Below, piece after piece: positions 8,451 to 15,746 of a stretch of DNA of 64,000 bases. The notes under the pieces are model-generated. The model did no database searches. It worked only from the letters and a program-made list of their open reading frames with translations, and had not been told where the DNA came from. Source of the stretch: Candidatus Nanopelagicales bacterium (GTDB taxonomy: Bacteria > Actinomycetota > Actinomycetes > S36-B12 > UBA5976); NCBI GenBank assembly GCA_016463095.1, contig JAEMSA010000002.1, positions 1,502-65,501 on the forward strand, written 5' to 3'. The position numbers and the translations under genes are program-made. The first letter of the stretch is position 1, and every line of letters starts with the position of its first letter.

Positions 8451-9550
8451 TTTTCTAAACTGTCCACAAAAGTTCTTAAGCCTTTAGCGTTTTCTAAAAG
8501 ATTACCTCGGTGCAGTGCCCCACCTATTAGTAAGAATGTGTCCATCCCAAAAAAGTTTGCAATTTCTGGAATTCTGTCAATCGTCATGCCCCCACCAGGA
8601 GAAGGAAAAATTGTCTTAATATTTCCTAATTTAGAACGACAGGCATTAGCAATATTTGTGCATTCATCTTTTGAGAAACTAAATCTGCCACCAAAGTTAG
8701 GGAAAACACTTATATCTGCACCACTTAAACGCATCAAGGTTGCCAGAATTATTTCATGGTTTAAACCATGATTGCTATTCATTACATGGGATCCTAAATT
8801 TGAAGGATGACTCATGATGGGCAGTGAAACCTCTTGGCTATCTGCAATCATTCTCATGGTGTCGAATCCAGCTACTCCGGGCAGAACCATTAGCGCACCA
8901 CTACCTAATTTTCGAGCAGTAATAGCAGCTTCTAACATTTGTTCTGCTGGTCGATTAATGCTTGGTGCATAAACAGATTTTCTATTAAATTTTTGGTTTG
9001 CTTCTACAACTGCACTTGAAATTACTTTCACCCGCTCATTCCATTTAGCCCACGGCTGATTAGCCAAACTATGATCATCTTTTATTAAATCAATTCCTGC
9101 CTCAACCATAACTGTGGCAATACTTGCTAACTCAGTTGAATTTAATCCCATTGGTTTTAGCGCTGTAGCTAAAATGGGACGTTTTTTTGCTCCCAATAAT
9201 TCTCTAACTCCACTTATGCCAAAACGTGGTCCTTTTAAAGTGTTTAAAAAGTCATCAGGGAATTCAACTTTTGTCACTTTCACATCAGGAAACATTGAAA
9301 CATTTCCCCACACCACATTTAACATCTGACCTATTTCATAGCCTGTGGTGTCAGTATTGAAATCTATTACAACTTCTGTCTGGGAATTTCCAATTTCTTT
9401 GGATGAAACCACTTGACCAACAACTTCTTTTTGAATCCATTCGGGAGCCAGATCAAAGGGAAATTCAATAGTCTGCTCAACCCTGATTGCTTCAGTTACT
9501 TCTTTACTGGTTTTTGTATTAAGACGATAAGTAATCTGAATTGAAGACAT
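8447..9550 (-). CDS. RuBisCO-like protein (form IV RuBisCO large-subunit homologue, not a carboxylase)
   Basis: 367 aa. By-eye alignment to the RuBisCO large chain gives 'WGNVSMF' (N123 region), 'RPILATALKPMGLNS' (K175 loop), 'GIDLIKDDHSLANQPW' (K201/D203 motif, with His at the E204 position), 'PSPGGGM' and 'LLIGGALH'. There is no small-subunit or prk gene nearby. Confidence 0.8.
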   Translation of the reverse strand: MSSIQITYRLNTKTSKEVTEAIRVEQTIEFPFDLAPEWIQKEVVGQVVSSKEIGNSQTEVVIDFNTDTTGYEIGQMLNVVWGNVSMFPDVKVTKVEFPDDFLNTLKGPRFGISGVRELLGAKKRPILATALKPMGLNSTELASIATVMVEAGIDLIKDDHSLANQPWAKWNERVKVISSAVVEANQKFNRKSVYAPSINRPAEQMLEAAITARKLGSGALMVLPGVAGFDTMRMIADSQEVSLPIMSHPSNLGSHVMNSNHGLNHEIILATLMRLSGADISVFPNFGGRFSFSKDECTNIANACRSKLGNIKTIFPSPGGGMTIDRIPEIANFFGMDTFLLIGGALHRGNLLENAKGLRTFVDSLEN

Positions 9551-9555
9551 ACTTA

Positions 9556-10569
9556 CTACAAAGCCTCAGCTTTTGCAGTGCTATGCACATCAATCACTCT
9601 GGTTTGAGAAAGTTCTTCTTCAGATATTTTTAAGTTTTTATCCATTAGTTTTTCGGTGGCTTCAATTAAGTTACGAGCACTCATTCCATATTTATGCAAC
9701 AGATATTTTTGAGATGCTCCATGAGCGTAAGTATCTTTCAAACCAATTTTGATCAGTTTTTTACCAATCCCGTGTTCAGCAATTAAATCTGCAACAGCAC
9801 TTCCTAAACCACCAATCACACTGTGGTTTTCCATGGTGATAACTCCGTATTTACTTGATTTAAGACTTTCAATTACCCGAGGATCGGTGAAAGGTTTCAA
9901 AGTTGAAATGTGTAAATGTTGCACACTTACGCCATGTTCTTGAAGTGCAGGGATTGCTCTTAAAGCTTCTTCAGTTGATATTCCAGAACTTAAAACTGTG
10001 ACATCTGTTCCTGTGCTCAAAATACGAGCAGTGTTAAATTCCATGACCTCATTTTTTGGAAAAATCCTCGAGATTTCACCTCGCAGCATTCTGATATAGA
10101 CCGGACCATCTACTTCATGGGCCACATCTAGAACTGATTCGACTTCTGTGGCATCCCCAGTTTCTAGAATTGTCATGTTTGGGATTCCTCGCAAAACATT
10201 GACATCATCAATTGCTTGATGGGTAACTCCTCCAGGAGTTGTGATGCCGGGCAAAAAACCGACCATTCTCACCCGCAGATTTGGGTAGGCCACCGACATT
10301 TCAAGTTGATCAAGTGGTCTGCGATAAATAAATACTGCAAATGTGTGAATCCAAGGCTCAAAACCTTCACGGGCTAAACCGCCTGCAAAACCTAACATGT
10401 TTTGTTCACCTAAGCCGAAAGAAAAGAATCTTTCTGGGAAAGTGTCTCTAAATTTTCCAACTTCACAAGAACTGGTTAAGTCTGCTGATAAAACTACAAC
10501 TTCGGGTTTGAATTTACTCCAGCGCACAAAATTTTCAACGTGAGGTCTTTTAACAATTTCGTAAGCCAT
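9556..10569 (-). CDS. Transketolase, C-terminal (pyrimidine-binding + C-terminal domain) subunit
   Basis: 337 aa. 'FSFGLGEQNMLGFAGGLAREGFEPWIHTFAVF' is typical of the TK Pyr domain. It lies 1 nt after the N-terminal subunit gene. Confidence 0.85.
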   Translation of the reverse strand: MAYEIVKRPHVENFVRWSKFKPEVVVLSADLTSSCEVGKFRDTFPERFFSFGLGEQNMLGFAGGLAREGFEPWIHTFAVFIYRRPLDQLEMSVAYPNLRVRMVGFLPGITTPGGVTHQAIDDVNVLRGIPNMTILETGDATEVESVLDVAHEVDGPVYIRMLRGEISRIFPKNEVMEFNTARILSTGTDVTVLSSGISTEEALRAIPALQEHGVSVQHLHISTLKPFTDPRVIESLKSSKYGVITMENHSVIGGLGSAVADLIAEHGIGKKLIKIGLKDTYAHGASQKYLLHKYGMSARNLIEATEKLMDKNLKISEEELSQTRVIDVHSTAKAEAL

Positions 10570-10570
10570 T

Positions 10571-11491
10571 CTATTTCCAAGCTTTCAAAAAATTATTGTA
10601 TTTAATTTTTTCAAAAGGATTAGCAAATCTGACGTAATGCAGAGCATCAGGTCTATCTTTCAAAATTTCAATTCCTTTAGCTGGATCTGTGTAACCTAGA
10701 ATTACTTTTGGTTTATCTTGGAATGTTGAACCTGCAGCTAATATTTGGTTTATGTCGTTGCCGTCAATTTTTTCAACGTCCCAACCAAAGCTTTTTATTC
10801 TTTCAGTTAGAGGCTCAATTGACATAACTTTTTCCATGGGACCATCTACTTGGTTTCTGTTAACATCTACGATTACTCGAACATTACTTAAATTATGAAA
10901 ACTTATTGCAGCTAAAGCTTCCCAAGTTTGTCCTTCTTGAAATTCTCCATCTGACATAAAAATCCAAGTCTTTCCTGATTCACCGCGCAACTTTCTAGCT
11001 AAAGCAACGCCCCCTGCTTGGGAAAGAGCCTGGGAAAGAGATCCAGTTGTGGTTTCAAATCCTGGTGAATGTTCAGCACCAATCATTTCCACAGTCGTAC
11101 CATCTTTATTAAATTTCTCTAAAGACTTTTCAGTTAATCTTCCGGTTTCAATTAGGGCCGCATAAATAACAAGTGCGTAATGGGCGGGGCTTATGAATAA
11201 ACGATCTAGTGCTGGACCTTTTTCGCCATGAAATTCTGCACCGGTTATATATTCAGTGAAATTTTTACTGGGCACATTGACAAAATCACGAGGTTCTAGT
11301 GGGGAAGCTAAGGGAGCAAGATTGACGAGTTTTGTGTATAGGCAAGAAAGAATTTCTGCAGCAGAACAGGCTTGGCTTAAATATCCGCCATTGTTTTTGA
11401 CGGTGTGCTCAAGTACTCGATGGCGAATGCCATGGGCCATAGAGGCTATTTGGTCAATATCTGTTTGTGTCGATGCTTTAGTTATGCTCAT
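10571..11491 (-). CDS. Transketolase, N-terminal (ThDP pyrophosphate-binding) subunit
   Basis: 306 aa. The ThDP motif is 'SDGEFQEGQTWEA...VDVNRNQVDG'. 'SPAHYALVIYAAL' is also present. Confidence 0.85.
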   Translation of the reverse strand: MSITKASTQTDIDQIASMAHGIRHRVLEHTVKNNGGYLSQACSAAEILSCLYTKLVNLAPLASPLEPRDFVNVPSKNFTEYITGAEFHGEKGPALDRLFISPAHYALVIYAALIETGRLTEKSLEKFNKDGTTVEMIGAEHSPGFETTTGSLSQALSQAGGVALARKLRGESGKTWIFMSDGEFQEGQTWEALAAISFHNLSNVRVIVDVNRNQVDGPMEKVMSIEPLTERIKSFGWDVEKIDGNDINQILAAGSTFQDKPKVILGYTDPAKGIEILKDRPDALHYVRFANPFEKIKYNNFLKAWK

Positions 11492-11542
11492 TTCGCTTCA
11501 GCATAGCAAAGAGAATAGTTGTCCTACAAGTTAAATTCTCAA

Positions 11543-11572
11543 CAAAAAAGCCCCCGTAAATTTCCCGGGGGC
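11543..11572 (-). terminator. Intrinsic terminator downstream of the whiB3-like gene
   Basis: On the - strand, GCCCCCG (11572-11566) pairs with CGGGGGC (11556-11550). A run of six U follows (A-run 11544-11549 on +), 35 nt after the stop. Confidence 0.7.
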
Positions 11573-11606
11573 ATTCTTGTTTGGAGGGTATTACAGATAA
11601 AAGTTT

Positions 11607-11906
11607 CTAGCCAGCGACTGGAAATGTTTCCTTGGCTGGGGCATAGATGGCTTCTCGATCATCTTCACTCATCGCACCCCACACACCGTAAGGTTCACGC
11701 ACAGCTAAGGCATGTTCAGCACATTGGCGAAGCACAGGGCAGGTGGCACAAATCGATTTAGCCAGCGAAATCCTATTTTCGCGGGAAGGTCCACGTTCAC
11801 CCTCAGGATGAAAGAAGATCTCAGGATCTTCTCCACGGCATGCTCCCTTTAACTGCCAGTCCCATAGATCAGAGTTGGGTCCAGGAAGACGGGTCACATC
11901 AGCCAT
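11607..11906 (-). CDS. whiB3: WhiB-family [4Fe-4S] transcription factor, WhiB3/WhiD-like
   Basis: 99 aa. 'LPGPNSDLWDWQLKGACRG', 'FFHPEGERG', 'CATCPVLRQC' and 'PYGVWGAMSE' match the WhiB3/WhiD N-terminal pattern, the four Cys and the G[VI]WGG turn. Confidence 0.85.
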   Translation of the reverse strand: MADVTRLPGPNSDLWDWQLKGACRGEDPEIFFHPEGERGPSRENRISLAKSICATCPVLRQCAEHALAVREPYGVWGAMSEDDREAIYAPAKETFPVAG

Positions 11907-11936
11907 GATTTTCCTTTTTTGAGGGGGTATGTCCTA

Positions 11937-11966
11937 AATATAGAATACTATTCATAACTTGGTCAA
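11937..11966 (-). promoter_or_regulatory. Candidate sigma-70-type promoter of the whiB3-like gene (-35 TTGACC, 18-nt spacer, -10 TATATT)
   Basis: Read on the - strand: TTGACC is the complement of 11961-11966 and TATATT is the complement of 11937-11942. An 11-bp palindrome GAATAcTATTC (11943-11953) sits inside the spacer. Confidence 0.4.
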
Positions 11967-12024
11967 TCGTTCAGACAGGTCCGCTCTTGTGAAGTCCGTC
12001 TCATAGCAATACGATGAGCCAAAG

Positions 12025-13044
12025 TTGTTCAACCACAACAGATTTGGCCAAATGAGCGTAGAAAGTGTTGCCCAAGAGTCGGTAGGCCTGACCGTGGCCG
12101 TTGTGGCCAGACGCGTGGGGGTTGCTCCAGCCACACTTCGCACCTGGGAAAGACGCTATGGAATTTATCCCACCGATAGATCAAGTGGGGGACATCGCCG
12201 CTACTCCATAACCGATGTTGCTCGGTTGGAATTAATGCGCAGGTTAGTTTTATCTGGAATGCCAGCAGGTCAAGCTGCCAAGATGGCCTTGCAATCAGAA
12301 ATTGGCAAACTTGAGGATTCATCATTTTTTGATTCCAACGTTTTAACTAAAACTGTTGATTCACTGTTAAGCAATATTTCTGTTGATTCAGAATTTAGTC
12401 ATCCCGGTGGTGGCGCTGTATTAGCAATGCAAGGATCTTCTGCGATTGCTCGCGGATTAGCTAAAGCTGCCTACTCACTTGATGCACCTGCTTGTACTCA
12501 ATTGATTCAAAACAGTTTGCATGCCAAGGGTGTTAGTTGGACTTGGGAGAAGTTGTTATCTCCAGTAATTTGTGCGCTTGGTAAGAAGTGGGAATCCTCC
12601 GGACAAGGAATTGAAGCCGAACATATTTTATCGGAATGTATCATTGGCCAATTGAAACAAATATCTGATCAATTAATTGCCCCAATAAATATAAGACCAG
12701 TGTTACTTGCTGCCGCAGCAGACGAGTTACACACTATTCCTCAATATGTGGTGGCAGCAGCGTTAGCTGAAAGAAAAATTGGTAGTAGATCACTTGGTGC
12801 AAGAGTTCCGCACGATTCTTTATTAAATGCCATAAAAAGATTAGCCCCCGCTGCTGTTTTAATCTGGGCACAAATTCCTGTGAAAACTATTCCTGTGGAA
12901 TATGAAATTTTAATTAACTCTCGACCAGCTCCACTACTGTTGATGGTTGGCCCTGGCTGGCCTGAAAATTTACCGCATGGTTTCACAAGAGCTGGAGATT
13001 TAAACTCCACCATTACAGCGATCAGTAATGCCTTGGGACAGTAA
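12025..13044 (+). CDS. MerR-family regulator with a CarH/LitR-type cobalamin-binding module (candidate B12-dependent light sensor)
   Basis: The N-terminal MerR HTH is 'LTVAVVARRVGVAPATLRTWERRYG...GGHRRYS'. The helical-bundle motif 'W189-ESSGQGIEA-E199-H200' is an exact Wx9EH. The Rossmann-like part 'VLLAAAADELHTIP...GARVPHDSLLNAIKRLAPAAVLIW' resembles the DxHxxG B12-binding domain. The start is either TTG 12025 or ATG 12052. Confidence 0.65.
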   Translation: MFNHNRFGQMSVESVAQESVGLTVAVVARRVGVAPATLRTWERRYGIYPTDRSSGGHRRYSITDVARLELMRRLVLSGMPAGQAAKMALQSEIGKLEDSSFFDSNVLTKTVDSLLSNISVDSEFSHPGGGAVLAMQGSSAIARGLAKAAYSLDAPACTQLIQNSLHAKGVSWTWEKLLSPVICALGKKWESSGQGIEAEHILSECIIGQLKQISDQLIAPINIRPVLLAAAADELHTIPQYVVAAALAERKIGSRSLGARVPHDSLLNAIKRLAPAAVLIWAQIPVKTIPVEYEILINSRPAPLLLMVGPGWPENLPHGFTRAGDLNSTITAISNALGQ

Positions 13045-13093
13045 CAAGTAATAAGAATTAGGGAAACTTTATTACTCTCACTAACGTCTTAAG

Positions 13094-13693
13094 TTGGTGA
13101 TGAAAACCCTAATTTGTGACACTAGCTTTAGAGCAACCAAATTATTAGAAAAAATTCTTGTTAAATTACCCCAAATATCTGAAATAGTCGTAGCCCACGA
13201 ATTAGTCGAAGTTAAAAAAGTATTGAAGGCAAATAAAATTCAGGTGGTCTTTTTAAGTTTAGATTTTGCTCAAGTGATTAATAAAAAAACCTTGCTCGAC
13301 TTATTTGGAAAAGTTCCAGTTATTTTGTTGCTGCAGCCTCGGGTGAAACCATTTTTTTCACCCGAAATCCTGCTCATTTCAGATGGAATTGTGCTCAATA
13401 ACGCCACAGATCTGGAGTTTCAGATCGTGTTGGCAGCCCTAAAAATAGATTTGGGACAAAAAATAGTTGAATCTAAATTAATCAAACCCAAAGGCAATTC
13501 CCCCTTTCTCACCAATCGAGAAATGCAGATTTTGCACTATCTATCTGTAGGCAAAAGCAATCTGAGGATTGCCCAAGAACTCAAAATTGCAGTACCCACG
13601 GTTAAAACCCATGTGCGCAAAATTTTGCTGAAGCTAAATGCCACAAATCGCACCCATGGGGTGGCCCAAGGTATTCGCTGGAGCCTTATTTAG
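13094..13693 (+). CDS. LuxR/NarL-type DNA-binding protein with an atypical receiver-like N-terminal domain (orphan response regulator)
   Basis: The C-terminal HTH is 'LTNREMQILHYLSVGKSNLRIAQELKIAVPTVKTHVRKILLKLNA'. The N-terminal part has 'LICDTS' in place of the usual acidic pair. No kinase gene is adjacent. The likely start is ATG 13100. Confidence 0.65.
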   Translation: MVMKTLICDTSFRATKLLEKILVKLPQISEIVVAHELVEVKKVLKANKIQVVFLSLDFAQVINKKTLLDLFGKVPVILLLQPRVKPFFSPEILLISDGIVLNNATDLEFQIVLAALKIDLGQKIVESKLIKPKGNSPFLTNREMQILHYLSVGKSNLRIAQELKIAVPTVKTHVRKILLKLNATNRTHGVAQGIRWSLI

Positions 13694-13765
13694 GGGCGAA
13701 TATTTTGAAGTTTCAGGGTTATGTAAGTCAGAGGAAATCCGGTACTCAAGATAGGCTCTCTCATT

Positions 13766-14884
13766 GTGACTGAAATTGAAATTGGTGGCACCAAGCGTGG
13801 TCGAATCGCATACTCATTCGACGACATTGCCCTAGTCCCCACCAGAAGAACCAGAAATCCTGAAGATGTTTCCACAAATTGGAAAATAGACGCCTACGAT
13901 TTTGCATTCCCCATTGTTGCTGCCCCCATGGATTCAGTTGTTTCCCCTGAAGTTGCGATTAGCTATGGCCAACTAGGCGGTTTAGCTGTTTTAGATTTAG
14001 AAGGCTTGTGGACTCGTTATGAAGATCCTCAAAGTGAATTTAAGAAAATAGCCAAATCGAATTCGAATTCAGCTATTGAACTTTTACAACAAATTTATGC
14101 AGCACCGATAAAACCAGAACTTATTAAAGAGCGCATTAAACAAATTAAGTCTGCTGGAGCTGTGGCTGCAGCATCGCTTTCACCGCGAGCTGTTGTGAAA
14201 CATTTCAAATCAGTGGTGGAAGCAGGCATTGACATATTTGTGATCCGGGGATCCACAGTAAGTGCTGAACATGTTTCAACAGGTGATGAACCATTAAATT
14301 TGAAAAAATTTATTTACGAACTTGATGTGCCGGTAATTGTTGGTGGATGTGCATCTCATCAAGCAGGTTTGCATTTAATGAGAACTGGGGCAGCAGGAGT
14401 ATTAGTTGGATTTGGTGGCGGTGCGGCACATACCAGTGCTGATGTTCTAGGTGTTCGTGTCCCAATGGCAACTGCTGTAGCTGATGTTGCAGCAGCTCGA
14501 AGAGAATATTTAGATGAATCTGAAGGAAGATATGTGCACGTAATTGCTGATGGTTCAGTTGGCAAGAGTGGTGACATTAGTAAAGCAATTGCCATGGGTG
14601 CAGATGCAGTGATGATTGGTTCAGCTCTAGCAAGATCAAGTAGCGCACCTGGTGGTGGAAAACATTGGGGATCAGAAGCAGTACACCAAGATTTACCTCG
14701 CGGACAAGTTGTGGAATTAGGGGTAAGCGGAACTTTAGAACAAATTTTGTTTGGACCTTCAACCAATGCTGCTGGCACACTTAATTTGGTGGGAGCTTTG
14801 AAAAAAGCTATGGCCACAACTGGTTATAGCGATTTGAAAGAATTACAGAGAATAGAAGTTGTTGTAAATTCTGTTAAAAATTAA
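13766..14884 (+). CDS. guaB3: GuaB3-type IMP dehydrogenase-related protein (no CBS insert)
   Basis: 372 aa with a GTG start. 'YSFDDIALVP', 'IVAAPMDSV' and 'VIADGSVGKSGDISKAIAMGADAVMIGS' fit the IMPDH/GMPR TIM barrel. Its position near whiB3 matches mycobacteria. Confidence 0.75.
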   Translation: MTEIEIGGTKRGRIAYSFDDIALVPTRRTRNPEDVSTNWKIDAYDFAFPIVAAPMDSVVSPEVAISYGQLGGLAVLDLEGLWTRYEDPQSEFKKIAKSNSNSAIELLQQIYAAPIKPELIKERIKQIKSAGAVAAASLSPRAVVKHFKSVVEAGIDIFVIRGSTVSAEHVSTGDEPLNLKKFIYELDVPVIVGGCASHQAGLHLMRTGAAGVLVGFGGGAAHTSADVLGVRVPMATAVADVAAARREYLDESEGRYVHVIADGSVGKSGDISKAIAMGADAVMIGSALARSSSAPGGGKHWGSEAVHQDLPRGQVVELGVSGTLEQILFGPSTNAAGTLNLVGALKKAMATTGYSDLKELQRIEVVVNSVKN

Positions 14885-15609
14885 TTAACTTTAAAAGTAA
14901 CACTTACTACTGCTCTAACACTTTTCTCAATAGTTGAGGTGTCATAGCTTCCATATTCAGATTCAACTGAATCAGGAGGATTTACTTGCACTGAACCACT
15001 AGATCCAGAAATTGGTTCTCCTACGGTTCCACCAATAGCGGCCACCATCGCAGTGGCACGGGCTTTGGCATCAGCTACAGCTTCTTCAATAACTTTAGGT
15101 CTCAAAATTGCCAAGTTTGAAATGAAATATTCAGGGCTGCCTGAGCTTGCAGAGATTCCTGTTTGTAGCACTTGACCAATGTTTTGCGTAGCAGTTTTAA
15201 TTTTTTGTACTTCTTTTGTTCTAATTCTTAAAGTGTTGTTTGCAACATAACCAATAATGTTTGAAGTTTGAGTTCCGTTGGCTACTTCAAATGCTGTTGA
15301 GGTTGAAACCCCGTAAGTGGTTATTTCACTGCCTAAGATTCCTTGAGAAATTAAATATTCTGTTAAAACTTTTGTGTCAGCATCAACTTTTGTTACCGCT
15401 GCAGAAATGGTGGGTAATTGAGTGTTGATGTAGATATTCCAAACGGCAGTATCAGCAGTTGTCTCCACTTGAGCAGAACCGGTGACAGTAATACCTTTTT
15501 TACCTTTTTCACTTAAACCACCAGAGATAAACCAGAGGCCGGCAAAGATTGCTAGTGAGACCAATATTGAACTGGCCATCACGGTAATTAGGGTATTGCG
15601 TGTTTTCAT
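14881..15609 (-). CDS. SIMPL (DUF541) domain membrane-anchored protein
   Basis: 242 aa with an N-terminal TM anchor. 'ITVTGSAQVETTADTAVWNIYI' is typical of the SIMPL / 26-kDa periplasmic immunogenic protein family. Confidence 0.6.
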   Translation of the reverse strand: MKTRNTLITVMASSILVSLAIFAGLWFISGGLSEKGKKGITVTGSAQVETTADTAVWNIYINTQLPTISAAVTKVDADTKVLTEYLISQGILGSEITTYGVSTSTAFEVANGTQTSNIIGYVANNTLRIRTKEVQKIKTATQNIGQVLQTGISASSGSPEYFISNLAILRPKVIEEAVADAKARATAMVAAIGGTVGEPISGSSGSVQVNPPDSVESEYGSYDTSTIEKSVRAVVSVTFKVN

Positions 15610-15746
15610 AACTCAGAATCTATCAGAGACAGATATTTTTCAAATATGGATATAACTCACAAATCCTTTGTGTAAGCGCACTTTCTAGGTTTAGCTACTT
15701 TAGTTGGAACAATGACAGTCACCAATATGGCAATTGCAATTTTTGT

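Noticed and set aside
8447-9550. Possibility that the RuBisCO homologue is a genuine CO2-fixing enzyme.
   Set aside because: Several residues needed for RuBP binding and carboxylation are replaced (the K177, E204, R295, H327 and S379 positions, by eye). There is no small-subunit, phosphoribulokinase or carboxysome gene nearby, so this is a form IV RLP.
15633-15672. Two 6-3-6 palindromes upstream of the SIMPL gene: ATATTT-ttc-AAATAT at 15633-15647 and CACAAA-tcc-TTTGTG at 15658-15672.
   Set aside because: They are short and AT-rich, so they are easily expected by chance in an AT-rich spacer. They are noted but not called as operators without conservation data.
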